A stretch of DNA of 64,000 nucleotides, from contig CAWIEK010000053.1 in NCBI GenBank assembly GCA_963835065.1, forward strand, positions 416,001 to 480,000, read 5' to 3'. Below, piece after piece: positions 11,801 to 23,547 of the stretch. The DNA is from an uncultured Chthonomonadaceae bacterium. Its GTDB lineage: Bacteria; Armatimonadota; Chthonomonadetes; Chthonomonadales; Chthonomonadaceae. Each line of letters begins with the position of its first letter. The stretch's first letter is position 1. The position numbers and the translations under genes are program-made. The notes under the pieces were generated by a model. That model did not search any database, had not been told where the DNA came from, and saw only the letters and a list, made by a program, of their open reading frames with translations.

Positions 11801-13496
11801 TTGAAGTTGGCTGAAGACATTGAGGCAATCAAACTTCGGGGCGCGTACTATACCTCTCCCCTGCTTGTGCATGCCTGCCTGCAGCGCATTGCAACCCTGA
11901 CGGATGCCGGACGTTGTCTGCGGGTTCTGGAGCCTTCCGCCGGGGATGGCGCGTTTGTACGGGGGTTTCGTGATTTTGCGGCGCGCGGGCAATTGGCGTC
12001 GCCGCATCTTACCTGCATCGAACTTTCCGGGGAGGAAGCCGCCAAATGCCGCGAGGCTATGGACTGTTATGGCATTGCAGGACAAACTATTCACAGCAGT
12101 TTTTTCGCCTGGGCGGATGGAAACGAGGAACGTTTTGATGCCGTTGTCGGCAATCCTCCGTTTGTCCGCTATCAGTTTGTGCCCGCGCAAGACCGCATGT
12201 TAGCCGAAATGTTGCTGCGAAGCGAGGGGATTACCTTACAGGGCGTGTCGAACCTGTGGATTCCGTTTGTCCTGTTAAGCCTGCGCCGTTTGAAGCAGGG
12301 CGGGGCGTTTGCGCTCGTGCTGCCGAGTGAACTGCTGACAACCATTTCGGCGGGGCAGGTACGTTCCGACTTGATACGCCACTGCGACGCGCTGCAAATA
12401 GACTTATACCCCCGCGATGCGTTTCCCGACATTTTGCAGGATGTGGTGATTGTCAGCGGCATTTACGCGCAGGACGCGCAAACGGAACGCGCGGCGACAT
12501 TTTGCGAACATACGTCGGGCGGCGTACACTCCTGGCGGCATCGGGTTTCCGCTTCGAGTGAATCCTGGATGCGCTATCTGCTGACGGCTCAGGAATGGGA
12601 AGCGTTCGACAGGGCGCAAAGACTTCCGGGCTTTCACCAACTCAAAAGCGCGGCCACGCTGGGCGTTGCCATTGTCACGGGAGCCAATGACTTTTTCACC
12701 GCAGATGAAAACACCGTTAATCAGTTTGAACTTCACGCCTGGGCGCGTCCCCTGCTGGCGCGTACCGCAGACAGTCCCGGCATCATTTTCAACCAATCAG
12801 ATCAGGAATACGCGCGAACGCAGGGCCGCAAATCGTGGCTGCTGGATTTCAGCGCGTCTCGTCCCGACCCGATGCGGCATCTGCTTGCCGCGCAGTATCT
12901 TCAAGCGGGCGTTGAGCGCGGATTGCCTGAACGGTACAAATGCCGTATTCGCGCCCCCTGGTATCGCGTCCCGCACATCAAATCGGGCGCGCTGATGCTG
13001 CCCAAGCGCGCCCACCAACACCACCGCTTGCTCTTAAACCACGCGCAGGTATTCACTACGGACACCATCTACCGGGGCGAAATGACGCCCGCCTTTGCCG
13101 GCAGGGAAGCCGACTTGGTTTCCGGCTTCCACAACTCCCTGACCCTGCTTTCCGCCGAACTGGAAGGCCGAACCTATGGCGGCGGCGTGTTGGAACTGGT
13201 TCCCTCGGAACTCGCCCGCTTAATTGTTCCCCTCGTCCACACGTCACCTTACTTGGAACATCTGGACAACATCAGCCGACAGGCAGGCGGGCAGCGAGAT
13301 GCCTTCGACGTACTGGTTAAAGAAACGGATCAACTGCTTGGCTGCGATAATACCGGAATATGCGGAAGTGCAGCCATGCCTTAATGCCGCCAGAAAACGC
13401 TTGTGCCTACGACGCTTTCATGGCAGCGAGGGCAAGGTGACAGTACAAGAAAGGATGAACCGCCACCTGCCAAACACCTATTTCGCCATCTCATAG
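11801..13496 (+). CDS. N6-adenine DNA methyltransferase (gamma / Eco57I-like), probable frameshift near 13345
   Basis: GAYYT, VLEPSAGDGAF, VVGNPPF, YGGGVLELVPSE. Confidence 0.85.
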
Positions 13497-13501
13497 AACG
13501 C

Positions 13502-14914
13502 CTATTTCGCCATCTCATAAAACGCTTGCGCGTAGATTTTGGCGGCGTTGAGGAGGGTGGACACGGCGATGCGCTCGTCGGGTTCGTGGGCGGGGCCGTC
13601 GCTGCCGCCGGGGAAGCCTGCGCCATACGCGACGACATGGGGCGTGGCGCGGGCGTAGGTTCCGCCGCCCATTGTGCCGGGCTGCGAATCCTCATCTCCC
13701 GTATTTTCGCGGTAGACGCGCAGCAGGGTGGCAACCGGTTCCTGATCTAACGGCACGTACAGCGGGGCTTGATCGTGGATTTCCGCCAGCGTCCAGCCGG
13801 CTTTTTCGCCTACGGGCGTATACGCGGCAATCAGTTCGTCCTTGCTCCACGTCACGGGGTAGCGGATGTTGTAGGTGATGCGGACCTTGTCTTCCGTCGC
13901 TTCCAGTATGCCCAGATTGCTGGTCAGCGGTCCGGCTACGTCGTCCGTGTGCGCGATGCCGAGCGCCTGCCCGGTCGGGTCTACCGTGTCGGCAATCCAG
14001 TCAAGCCACAGTTCGGTATCCGGCAGGTTGAGGGTGGCGAGGGCGCGGGCTAGGCGGGCAACGGCGTTATCGCCACTGGCAGGGCGGGCGCCGTGCGCGG
14101 ATTTGCCGAATGCGGTGATTTTCAGCGTGTCCGCGCCCGGAACCAGAATCACGTTACGATCCCAATAGTTATCCAGAGTTTCGGCAGCGTGGGCAAGCGC
14201 GTCCGGTGAGCCGGTGAGCAGGGCTTCGGCGTAATCGGGAACCATATTGGGGCGCCGCCCACCCGTTGCGCTTGCAATGCGCAGTTCCCCGGCGGTTTGC
14301 GGACGGGCTTTTTCCAGTATTAAGTTGGCGATCCCTTTTTCCGCATAGATGAGCGGGAATCCGGCGTCGGGCGTGAAGCCTAAAACGGGCCGTTCCTCAT
14401 TGGCAACCTCAAAATAGTGGTGAACGCAGCCGAAACCGGACTCTTCATCGCAGCCGAAAATCACGCGGATGCGGCGGCGCAGGGGCAGGCCGCTGTCCAG
14501 CACGGCTTTGGCGGCGAACAGCGCGGCATACGTCGGGCCTTTGTCATCGGAACTGCCCCGCGCATAGATATAGCCGTTGTCCAGTTCCGCGCCATACGGC
14601 GGATGCTGCCAGCCGTCGCCTTCGGGCACGACATCCAGATGCCCCAAAGCGCCGACGTATTCCGCGCCCGCGCCGAATTCCGCATGGCCCGCGTAGCCGT
14701 CTACGTCTTTGGTTTGAAAGCCGAGTTGCTGACATAGATTCAGGGTGTAATCCAGCGCCTCGCGGCACGTCGGGCCGAACGGCGCGTTGGGCTGCGGGTC
14801 GGCCTTCAGGCTGGGGATGCGCAGGACGCCCTGCAAGGCCGTAACGATCTGCTCTTCATGGCTGTCAATCCAGTCATGGAGTTTCTTCACATCGGGATTG
14901 GTGGTCGGGTTCAT
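13502..14914 (-). CDS. pepV: M20 dipeptidase PepV
   Basis: GHLDVVP, ARGSSDDKGP, GCDEESG, GGGTYAR, AHEPDE. Confidence 0.85.
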   Translation of the reverse strand: MNPTTNPDVKKLHDWIDSHEEQIVTALQGVLRIPSLKADPQPNAPFGPTCREALDYTLNLCQQLGFQTKDVDGYAGHAEFGAGAEYVGALGHLDVVPEGDGWQHPPYGAELDNGYIYARGSSDDKGPTYAALFAAKAVLDSGLPLRRRIRVIFGCDEESGFGCVHHYFEVANEERPVLGFTPDAGFPLIYAEKGIANLILEKARPQTAGELRIASATGGRRPNMVPDYAEALLTGSPDALAHAAETLDNYWDRNVILVPGADTLKITAFGKSAHGARPASGDNAVARLARALATLNLPDTELWLDWIADTVDPTGQALGIAHTDDVAGPLTSNLGILEATEDKVRITYNIRYPVTWSKDELIAAYTPVGEKAGWTLAEIHDQAPLYVPLDQEPVATLLRVYRENTGDEDSQPGTMGGGTYARATPHVVAYGAGFPGGSDGPAHEPDERIAVSTLLNAAKIYAQAFYEMAK

Positions 14915-15148
14915 AAGGTTCTTCATTCGCTTTCTGTGGGTTATAATTCGCTTGCTTATTCGCCTGCTTAACGCTTGTGCAAGTTGTTCTGCGCCCATTA
15001 TAGCAAACCACGCGCCGGAAGAAAAGCCCTGCAAGGATTTCCGGGAGAATTTCATTCAAATAGCAGGTTTTTGAACTCCGTTCCGCGCGATTTTTGAGTT
15101 ATAATAAAGCATGATTGTTCGGGAAATGCTTTTCAGGAGAATTGCCTT

Positions 15149-16921
15149 ATGACCGCTCCCCACACCCCGGCTCCGTCCGATACCCCGGTTCCTGCGCCTA
15201 CTGCGGAATACTACGAAAAAATCGTCACCACGCCCCGCCATTCTTCGCGGACGGGCAGGTACATACTGCTTGCCCTGCTGCTGCTGCTGACAGGCGGCGA
15301 GGTGTTGTATATACGGCATGTCCGCGCCAATGACCGGCTGCGCGATGCCGTGCTGCAAGACGACGCCGAACAGACGCGCGACATGCTGCGATTGGGAGCC
15401 GATCCCAATCAGCGCTATGTCAGCGCATTGGAAGAGACGCCCGGCCTGTGGCGCTACATTCCCGGCGTCCGCTCGGCGGAAACCACCTCCACAAAAGGCA
15501 AAACCCTGCTGATGATTGCCGCCGGAGCGGGCCGAAGCGACGTGACGCGGACGCTGCTGGAGCATGGCGCAAACCCAAATGTAAAATCCGCGTCCGGCAT
15601 GACGGCACTGCTGGCCGCATCCGGCGCGCGCGACCCGCTCACGGTAAAACTGCTATTGGATAAAGGGGCCGACCTGCGCGTCCATGACAGCGAAGGCCAC
15701 GCGCCCCTGCACCTGGCCGCCCGCCTTGGCAATGTGGAAACGCTGACCACCCTGCTGGACAACAAAGCGGATTTGGAAGCAAAAGACATGCAGGGCGAGA
15801 CAGCCCTGTTTCTGGCCGCCGCCAACCATCAGGAGGAAGCCGTCAAGCTGCTGCTGGCGCGGGGAGCCGATATCGATTCTTTGTCCGCCGCGCAAACTGA
15901 CCGCTCCAATGCGGAACAACGTTCGCCTTCACAACCTCCAACGGTCATGCAGGAGCATACGACGCCCCTGCTGTGGGCCGCGCAGTTAGGGTCGCCCTCA
16001 CTTGTCAGCGCCATTTGGGACAAGCGCATGGATGCCGATGCGCGGCTCAATTACGGCATTCTGGCGCTGATGCGGGCTGCGCAGTCCGGTTCGGCGGAAA
16101 CCGTGAAAGCGCTGCTGGAGCGCGGCGTTGAGGTTGAAACGCCGGTTCCCACCACGCAGCGTCAATCGCCCTCATACTATTATTTCACGCCCCTGATGAT
16201 TGCCGCCGGTCAGCACAATCCTGCCATTTGCCGCCTCCTGCTGGATAAGGGCGCAAACGTCAATCGGCAGGATGAGGGAGGCTTGACGCCCCTGCTGGCG
16301 GCGGCTACCGCCTCGAACGGCGAAGTTGTTGATCTGCTGCTGGCGCGGGGGGCCGAGGTCAACGTTCACAATGCGCAGGGGGAAACGCCGCTGATGGTGG
16401 CCTGCAACTCGCTTGACGCCACTCGCGCGCTGCTAGCGCATGGAGCCGATGTCAATGCCCGCGACAATCACGGCAACACTGCGCTGATGCACTCGCAAAA
16501 CAACGACGTGATGCGGCTGCTGCTGCAACATGGAGCGGATGCGCATAGCCATAGCGTGGATACCATGCTGCTCGCCCGCGCTACGACGGCGGACGTCGTT
16601 GCCTTGCTGATTGCGCATGGAGCCAACGTCAACGAGCGTGACTCGCGGGGCAAAACCGCCCTGATGCGTACCTTCTATGATCCTGCCATTCCCGCCCTGA
16701 TCGAGCATGGCGCGGATGTCAACATGCGCGATTACGCGGGGCGTACCGCACTCCACGACGCCGTATCGCAAATGTCCCTTCAGCGCGTCAATCTGCTGAT
16801 TGCGCACGGAGCCAACGTCAACGCCGCTGCCACAAACGGTGAAACGCCCCTGTCCCTGGCAAAACAGCGCAATTATGCGCTGGTAATTGATGCGCTCGTG
16901 AAAGCCGGCGCGACGAAGTAA
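15149..16921 (+). CDS. Membrane-anchored ankyrin repeat protein
   Basis: N-terminal TM segment then many G.TPL..AA / LL..GADVN repeats. Confidence 0.9.
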   Translation: MTAPHTPAPSDTPVPAPTAEYYEKIVTTPRHSSRTGRYILLALLLLLTGGEVLYIRHVRANDRLRDAVLQDDAEQTRDMLRLGADPNQRYVSALEETPGLWRYIPGVRSAETTSTKGKTLLMIAAGAGRSDVTRTLLEHGANPNVKSASGMTALLAASGARDPLTVKLLLDKGADLRVHDSEGHAPLHLAARLGNVETLTTLLDNKADLEAKDMQGETALFLAAANHQEEAVKLLLARGADIDSLSAAQTDRSNAEQRSPSQPPTVMQEHTTPLLWAAQLGSPSLVSAIWDKRMDADARLNYGILALMRAAQSGSAETVKALLERGVEVETPVPTTQRQSPSYYYFTPLMIAAGQHNPAICRLLLDKGANVNRQDEGGLTPLLAAATASNGEVVDLLLARGAEVNVHNAQGETPLMVACNSLDATRALLAHGADVNARDNHGNTALMHSQNNDVMRLLLQHGADAHSHSVDTMLLARATTADVVALLIAHGANVNERDSRGKTALMRTFYDPAIPALIEHGADVNMRDYAGRTALHDAVSQMSLQRVNLLIAHGANVNAAATNGETPLSLAKQRNYALVIDALVKAGATK

Positions 16922-16956
16922 GCGCTGCTGCGGGTGGGTTGGAAAAAGGATAATGG

Positions 16957-18675
16957 ATGTTTCCCTTTGCGTTTGTGTTCTCGTGCCTGTCACCGTTTCT
17001 GCCGCTGACAACTTCGCCGCCTGCGGATACACCCGTCGCCCCTGGTAAAACGGAAGCGCAAAAAGATACTCCCGCCCTGCCGCAGCGGAATACAGGCGGT
17101 ACTCCTGTTTCTTCCGTTGCGCCTGTGCTTCCCACGCTGCCTGATGCGCAGGCGAACGGGCAATCGTCTCCACCTGCACAAGAGACTTCACGCCCTGCCC
17201 CTGCCTCGCAAACGGCTTCGCAGGGCGCGGGGCCGGTATCGCCCGCTTATTATCAGCCCGGTTCTCCCACGCCCCCGCCCCTCAACCGCGCGGGTTATCA
17301 GGTATTCGGAACCCTGCGATTGCGCGAGGAAGATTACAACTGGTTCCCCGCCAACAAAGCGAACGGCGCGTACACGTTTTTGGGCGGGTTTGCGCGCGTC
17401 GGTGTCAGCCGGGCGACGCGCACCGAAGATTTTGTCGCCGAGTTCGCCGCGCCGTTTCTGGCCGGACTGCCGACGCAGGCGATTGCGTCCGGCTCGGCTG
17501 GCTCGTTGGGACAGGGCGCGAGTTATGAGGGGGCGAACCACAATCAGGTGGCGAGTTTTTATCTCAAGCAGGGCTATGTCCGTTTCAAGAACGCGGGCAA
17601 TCCGGCCAATACGGTTCGCCTGGGACGCTTTGAAGCGACGGACGGCCTGGAAACGGTCAGCGCCGATCCCTCCCTGGCGTGGATCAAGCAAAATCGCATC
17701 GGGCAGCGACTAATCAGCCCTTCCATTTATACCAACATCGGGCGCAGTTTCGACGGCATACAGGTGGTCAACAACACGCGCCTGCGCAACATCACTGCGG
17801 CGTTTCTGCTGCCCACGCGGGGCAACTATGACCTGAACGGGTGGGATACGCTTTCCGATATTCGGCTCGGCTACCTTGCGGCAACGTATCCGCAACCCGG
17901 CCCTCATGCCAGTGGCGAGGGCCGCTTGTTCGCCCTGCTGTACAATGACAGCCGCGACGGCGGGGTGGTCAAGGTGGACAATCGCCCGCTGACGAACGCG
18001 CAAAACCAGCCTGTTCGCGCCGGGGATAAGGGCGCCATTACGTTTCTCACGCTTGGCGGCAACTACGAGCGCGTGGAACCGTTGGGAAACGGCAAAGTGG
18101 ACGGCATGGTGTGGGGCGCGGGGCAGATGGGACGGTGGGGTTCGCTGCGGCACGGGGCGTTCGCGTTTGTAGCGGAAGCCGGGTATCAGCCTCCTCTTCC
18201 CGCTCTCAAGCCCTGGCTGCGCGTCGGCTACAACTACTACAGCGGCGACGGCAATGCCAACGACGCCATTCACGGCACGTTTACCGCCCCGGAATACACG
18301 TCGCGCACGTTTGCCCGCTTCCCCTTTTTCAATCAGGCCAATCTGGAAGATATTTTCGCGCAACTGCTGCTGCGTCCTACTCCCCGCGTTTCCATTCGCG
18401 CCGACGCGCATGGCCTGCGCCTTGCCCAGAGTCAGGACTTGTGGTATTCGGGCAACGGCGCGTATGAAATCCACAACTTCGGCTTTACCGGCCGTCCAAG
18501 CAACGGCCACAGCAATCTCGCCAATCTGTACGACATCAGCGTAGATTATCAAGCCTATCATGCGCTCACCCTGTCCCTGTACTTCGCGTATGCCGACGGC
18601 GGCGACGTAATCTCCGCCATCTATCGCGGCCACGAAGCCACGTTCGCGTATGCCGAGGCAACGTACCATTTTTGA
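16957..18675 (+). CDS. Alginate-export-family outer-membrane beta-barrel protein
   Basis: Signal peptide, GRSFDG, YNYYSGDGN, C-terminal aromatic YHF. Confidence 0.7.
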   Translation: MFPFAFVFSCLSPFLPLTTSPPADTPVAPGKTEAQKDTPALPQRNTGGTPVSSVAPVLPTLPDAQANGQSSPPAQETSRPAPASQTASQGAGPVSPAYYQPGSPTPPPLNRAGYQVFGTLRLREEDYNWFPANKANGAYTFLGGFARVGVSRATRTEDFVAEFAAPFLAGLPTQAIASGSAGSLGQGASYEGANHNQVASFYLKQGYVRFKNAGNPANTVRLGRFEATDGLETVSADPSLAWIKQNRIGQRLISPSIYTNIGRSFDGIQVVNNTRLRNITAAFLLPTRGNYDLNGWDTLSDIRLGYLAATYPQPGPHASGEGRLFALLYNDSRDGGVVKVDNRPLTNAQNQPVRAGDKGAITFLTLGGNYERVEPLGNGKVDGMVWGAGQMGRWGSLRHGAFAFVAEAGYQPPLPALKPWLRVGYNYYSGDGNANDAIHGTFTAPEYTSRTFARFPFFNQANLEDIFAQLLLRPTPRVSIRADAHGLRLAQSQDLWYSGNGAYEIHNFGFTGRPSNGHSNLANLYDISVDYQAYHALTLSLYFAYADGGDVISAIYRGHEATFAYAEATYHF

Positions 18676-18770
18676 GGGGAGCATTGAGCGTTGAGCGTTG
18701 AGCGTTGAGGGTAATGCAGCCGCCGAACGTCGGGGCGGCAGTGCTTTGAGCGCATGGGAAAAGAAAAGAG

Positions 18771-19060
18771 ATATGTAGAGAGATCGTCGAAATCTTGGCA
18801 ATACAGCGCTTCCAGCACGAGGTCTCGTTGTGTCTGGTTGTAGGAGTTAGAGGCGTCGTGACCTCCGAAGCGTCAGGGCGAACGGGGAGAGTGACCAGGC
18901 ATCTTCTTGCACCTCCCTTCTGGGTTAGATTGTTGAGAGTGGAGAAGAACTCCGAACTTTCAATGGCCCGCCACCTAGCTAGTTAGCAGCCTTTATTAAG
19001 TAGACATTCATGTAGTAATAGACCGCGTATGCAGGGAAAAGGTTTCTATTTTCCAGGCTG
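18771..19060 (-). ncRNA. Structured non-coding element copy 1 with ECF-like promoter
   Basis: Close reverse-complement match to 55690-55977; conserved hairpins. Confidence 0.65.
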
Positions 19061-19321
19061 TTTGAAACTTTTTTGTCTGTTTTTTCTGGAAGTTGTTGAG
19101 GTGGTCGTAAGCCCTGTTGTGTCCCTACGTTTGGGAACTTAGAGCCTATCCCAACTGGCCGGGTATTGAAAATACCCGGCAGGAAAGTGCAAGCGTCCTG
19201 CGGACGCGAATTCCCGCCTATCGGCTTCAACATTCCACAATTCTCAACTTCGTCCAGCCTTACAAGCCTGAGCGGTTGTCGCTATAATGTACGCATCCGG
19301 CAACAAGGCCGTGACGTGCCA

Positions 19322-19675
19322 ATGGATGCAGAGACAGCAACTATGTCAGATTGTACACGGTCAGAACGTCTAAAGTGGTGGAGTGGCGGTTCTCTTATTG
19401 TCGCTTCTCCAAGCCTTATTTATGCTGCCTATTCCTTCTGTTCTGGTCAGACTTCTATCGGATGGGCTGCGTTGTACGCTGCCGCAGGAGCCATACTGCT
19501 GTATTTATTCATCGTGTGTTTTGTCTTTCAAGATGAATTTATTGAGATGGGGATTATCCCTGTCCTGATCCTATCTATCCTTTTCGTTATTCTCTTTCCG
19601 GTGTTTTTGCAAGCGCGGCAGAAAGCACAAAGGGGACATAACCCACAGATACAAAAGAGCCAGAGGAAGTTGTAG
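19322..19675 (+). CDS. Small membrane protein ending in a pilin-like ILFPVFLQARQKA motif
   Basis: Three hydrophobic segments; motif resembles the helix of prepilin-type proteins. Confidence 0.55.
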   Translation: MDAETATMSDCTRSERLKWWSGGSLIVASPSLIYAAYSFCSGQTSIGWAALYAAAGAILLYLFIVCFVFQDEFIEMGIIPVLILSILFVILFPVFLQARQKAQRGHNPQIQKSQRKL

Positions 19676-19926
19676 AGTTCTTTCGCCTTGCCACTCCAAG
19701 CATTGCACCCTCAACTCTCAACCCTCAACCATTACCCCCTATTGCCAGCGCCCGTACAAAACAGATATAATGAAGAACCTTTTCCCGCGTTGATGTTGCT
19801 GTGTTGACGGCTTGCGGGAAACTATTTGCGGCCTGAATTTGTCGGTAGAGGAAACAGCGCGGCGTTTTGCCGCACAATCGTTTCTCTTCTCATTCGGCAA
19901 TTGGGAACGCATGACAGGAGTTTGTT

Positions 19927-20217
19927 ATGGCTTTATCCGCTGAGGAAGTGCGCAAGGTCGCGCTTCTGGCCCGCCTGGAATTGACGGACGAGGAGATTGA
20001 TACGCAGGCGACCAACCTCAACAACCTGCTGGCGCAGTTCGAGGCGCTGCAAAACCTGGATGTGACGGGCATTGAGCCGACGTCTCATTCCATCCCGGTT
20101 TTTAACGTTTTGCGCGAGGACGCGATTCGCCCGTCCCTGTCCCGCGAACAAGCGCTGGCAAACGCGCCGGAACAGCGCGAAGGCTGCTTTGTCGTGCCGC
20201 GCATTATAGGGGAGTGA
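19927..20217 (+). CDS. gatC: Asp/Glu-tRNA amidotransferase subunit C
   Basis: EVRKVALLARLEL...NVLRED...FVVPRII. Confidence 0.95.
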   Translation: MALSAEEVRKVALLARLELTDEEIDTQATNLNNLLAQFEALQNLDVTGIEPTSHSIPVFNVLREDAIRPSLSREQALANAPEQREGCFVVPRIIGE

Positions 20218-20331
20218 TGAGTGATGAATGATGAGTGATGAATGTTCTGTATATGGCTTGCCGTCTTGCACGAAGAACGCTCTACCTGTACAGTTCCTCC
20301 ATTCATCATTCACCACTCATCACTCATCATT
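20213..20331. repeat. Inverted heptamer (GTGATGA/TCATCAC) tandem arrays; same type at 32125-32195
   Basis: Directly visible tandem arrays in inverted orientation. Confidence 0.8.
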
Positions 20332-20350
20332 ACGAATTGGGGATTTCTGC

Positions 20351-21808
20351 ATGTCGGAACTTTTTGAATTGACAGTAGGCGAGGCGCAGGAACAGCTTGC
20401 CGCCAAAACAATCTCTTCCCGCGAACTGACCCAATCCGTTTTGGCGCGGATTGGCGCGGTGGAGGAGCGGGTAAAGTCGTACCTGACGGTTCTGCCCGAA
20501 GCCGCATTAGCGCAGGCGGAGCAGGTTGATGCGCGCCGCGTGTCGGGTGAAAGCCTGCCCCCGCTGGCGGGCATTCCCATCGCGCTGAAAGATAATATGT
20601 GTACGACGGGCGTGACCACAACGGCAGGGTCGCGCATTTTGCATAACTTCGTGCCGCCGTATGACGCGACGGTTGTGCAGAAACTGCGGGCGGCGGGAGC
20701 GGTGTTTGTCGGCAAGGCGAATCTGGACGAGTTTGCAATGGGGTCGTCTACGGAAAATTCCGGTTTTCATACCAGCCACAACCCCTGGGATCTGGCGCGG
20801 GTTCCGGGCGGGTCATCGGGCGGGTCGGCGTCTGCCGTTGCCGCCGGGGAAGCGCTGGGGGCGCTCGGCTCGGATACGGGCGGGTCTATCCGGCAGCCGG
20901 CCAGTTTGTGCGGCATCGTCGGCCTGAAACCTACGTATGGCCGCGTCAGCCGTTATGGATTGATTGCGTACGCCAGTTCGCTGGATCAGATCGGGCCGTT
21001 GAGCCGGGACGTTCGGGACTGCGCCCTGCTGTTCGACGCCATTGCCGGGTACGACCCGCTCGACAGCACCAGCACGAACATGCCCGCGCCGGATACGGCA
21101 AGCCATCTGCAAGGCGGAATCAAGGGACTGCGGCTTGGCATTCCTAAAGAGTATTTCGGCGCGGGGGTTGCGCCTGAAGTGGCGAGCGTGGTACAGGCCG
21201 CCATTCAGAAATTAACGGAATTGGGCGCGATAGTGGGCGAGTGTTCCCTGCCGTACACGGATTACTGCCTGGCCGCGTATTACATCCTCGCCCCTGCGGA
21301 GTGCAGCAGCAACCTGGCGCGTTTCGACGGCGTGAAGTACGGCCTGCGCAGCAAAGAACTCGCGGGGCATATCGGCCTGACGGAAAAGACGCGGGACGAG
21401 GGTTTCGGCGCGGAAGTGAAACAGCGCATTATGATCGGCACGTATGCCCTGTCTGCGGGCTATTATGACGCTTACTACAAGCGGGCGCAGCAGGTGCGGA
21501 CACTTATTCGGCAGGACTTTGACCGCGCGTTTGAAACCTTCGACGCGCTGGTAACGCCCACCTCGCCCGTGGTCGCGCCCAAAATCGGCGAAAAGGCGGA
21601 CCCTCTGGCGATGAAACTGCTCGATATCTGCACCCTGCCCGTCAACATGGCCGGCCTGCCCGGACTGTCGCTGCCATGCGGCTTTGTGGAGGGCCTGCCC
21701 GTCGGCCTGCAATTCATCGGCAAAGCCTACGACGAGGCCACGCTGCTCCGCGCCGCCTACACCTACGAACAGGCAACCGACTGGCACAAGCAGCGCCCGG
21801 CGTTGTAA
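20351..21808 (+). CDS. gatA: Asp/Glu-tRNA amidotransferase subunit A
   Basis: Amidase signature [27 protein letters not shown]. Confidence 0.95.
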   Translation: MSELFELTVGEAQEQLAAKTISSRELTQSVLARIGAVEERVKSYLTVLPEAALAQAEQVDARRVSGESLPPLAGIPIALKDNMCTTGVTTTAGSRILHNFVPPYDATVVQKLRAAGAVFVGKANLDEFAMGSSTENSGFHTSHNPWDLARVPGGSSGGSASAVAAGEALGALGSDTGGSIRQPASLCGIVGLKPTYGRVSRYGLIAYASSLDQIGPLSRDVRDCALLFDAIAGYDPLDSTSTNMPAPDTASHLQGGIKGLRLGIPKEYFGAGVAPEVASVVQAAIQKLTELGAIVGECSLPYTDYCLAAYYILAPAECSSNLARFDGVKYGLRSKELAGHIGLTEKTRDEGFGAEVKQRIMIGTYALSAGYYDAYYKRAQQVRTLIRQDFDRAFETFDALVTPTSPVVAPKIGEKADPLAMKLLDICTLPVNMAGLPGLSLPCGFVEGLPVGLQFIGKAYDEATLLRAAYTYEQATDWHKQRPAL

Positions 21809-22023
21809 AGTGTTCACAATGTTTTTTGCTGTTTGCGCCGTAAATAGATGAACAAAATCGGGGTTTCAGCCGACACTCAGAAAATACAACACGTCGCTTC
21901 TGAGAGCAGGCTGTCCTGGGGTTGAAGCTAAGGAATGGTTCGCTGTAATTGCGGGCGGATTTCCTCTTCCCTTGCTTTCTGAAGCGCCGCGAGTCATAGC
22001 GAACGCAACAGGAAGTAACCACG

Positions 22024-22572
22024 ATGAACGCGCAACTGAATACACAAAACGTTTCCAATCGCCTGCCGCTTGTCAATTACCTGGCCGTGCAATTGCAGGA
22101 AATTATCTGCATGGGGCCGGGACATACGATGATGTGGGCGGACAATCACGCGCATCACGCTTTGCAGTCGTTTGCGCGGCCTGAAAACCTGCACGACTGG
22201 CTGCAGGTCAGCGTACAGGGCGGCGCGGAATGTCATTTGATGGTGCAGTTTCCCCTGCCCGAAGCCGTTGGCGAGGCTGCCAAGCGCCAGATGGATCATT
22301 TGTTCGCGCAGTACGGCTGGACGCACGAGCAGGCGGACGGGCGCGAGTGCCTGGTCTATTATGTGGCGCAATCTTCCGACCCGCGCCATTTGCTGGACGA
22401 AGCGGAAACCGCCGCGCAGCAATGCGCTCAGGTCATGGAGCGGTTGTGGAGCGCCCATGACGTAAATGACATCGCCCTGCTTGCGGCGCGCGGTCCGAAA
22501 CTGGCGCAATCGCGCGCCCTTGCCAACCCTGCAAATCAGCCCATGACCCAAATCCTGTCCCGCGCCGCCTGA
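22024..22572 (+). CDS. Hypothetical protein
   Basis: 182-aa ORF with host-like codon usage. Confidence 0.55.
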   Translation: MNAQLNTQNVSNRLPLVNYLAVQLQEIICMGPGHTMMWADNHAHHALQSFARPENLHDWLQVSVQGGAECHLMVQFPLPEAVGEAAKRQMDHLFAQYGWTHEQADGRECLVYYVAQSSDPRHLLDEAETAAQQCAQVMERLWSAHDVNDIALLAARGPKLAQSRALANPANQPMTQILSRAA

Positions 22573-22717
22573 TACGCGGCAACAATCCGGCGGCAGGTTT
22601 TCCCACAGGGGCGTGATCTTTCTCACGCCCCTGATTGTGTTTTTCCTGTGACCGTAACCTTCCTGCCCCCGCGCAGGAACAAACGTCAGGAACACAGATT
22701 ACGAAAATGAGGTTGCC

Positions 22718-23230
22718 ATGCCTGTTGCCGTTCGCCCCGCCACTGCCAACGACCTGCCCGGCATTTTGGACATTTACAATCACGCCGTCGCGCACACCAC
22801 CGCCACCGCCGATTATGAGCCGCACACGCTGGAAATGCGCGAAGCGTGGTTTGCCGAGCGTACCGGAAAAGGCTTCCCCGTTTTCGTCGCCGTCCAAACC
22901 GAGACGGGGCAGATTGTCGGCTGGAGCGCATACGGTCCCTATCATACGCGCATCGGGTATCGCTTCACCGTAGAAAATTCCGTATATGTTCATGCCGATT
23001 GGCGCGGGCAGGGCATCGGCAAATTGCTTCTTGCCCCGCTCATCGAACACGCCACCCGTCACGGCTTCCATGCCATTCTCGCCAGCATTGACGGCAGCAA
23101 TGAGGCCAGTATGCGCCTCCACGCGGCCTTCGGCTTCACGCAGGCCGCCCGCTTGAAAGAAACCGTGTACAAGTTCGACAAATGGCTGGATGTCGTGTAC
23201 ATGCAATTGTTATTACCCCCGCCTGCGTAA
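22718..23230 (+). CDS. GNAT N-acetyltransferase (phosphinothricin/methionine sulfoximine type)
   Basis: YRFTVENSVYV, RGQGIGK, NEASMRLH, KFDKWLD. Confidence 0.88.
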   Translation: MPVAVRPATANDLPGILDIYNHAVAHTTATADYEPHTLEMREAWFAERTGKGFPVFVAVQTETGQIVGWSAYGPYHTRIGYRFTVENSVYVHADWRGQGIGKLLLAPLIEHATRHGFHAILASIDGSNEASMRLHAAFGFTQAARLKETVYKFDKWLDVVYMQLLLPPPA

Positions 23231-23547
23231 GAACAAACAACTGTTTGTACTTGTAAATTTGTCAGTGAGGAGAACAGCAATGGCCGAAACAATTGAACAG
23301 CCGGAACGTTTTCCCGAAGAAACGGAGGAACATCGATCCTCTTCCGCGAATGTGAATGCATGTAGTGGAACCATCCACTTCCACAGAGCTATTTGTCGCG
23401 CAACATCCAAAGCGCGTGGAACTCTCCGAAGAAGAAGTTGTAAGGCGCATGGAAGCGTTTCCGGCACGAAAAGACAAGTTCGTTGCCGCTATTCGAGAGG
23501 GTAAGAATCGAAGCGTATATCCCTTAGAAGCAGGAGTTTGAACTCGT

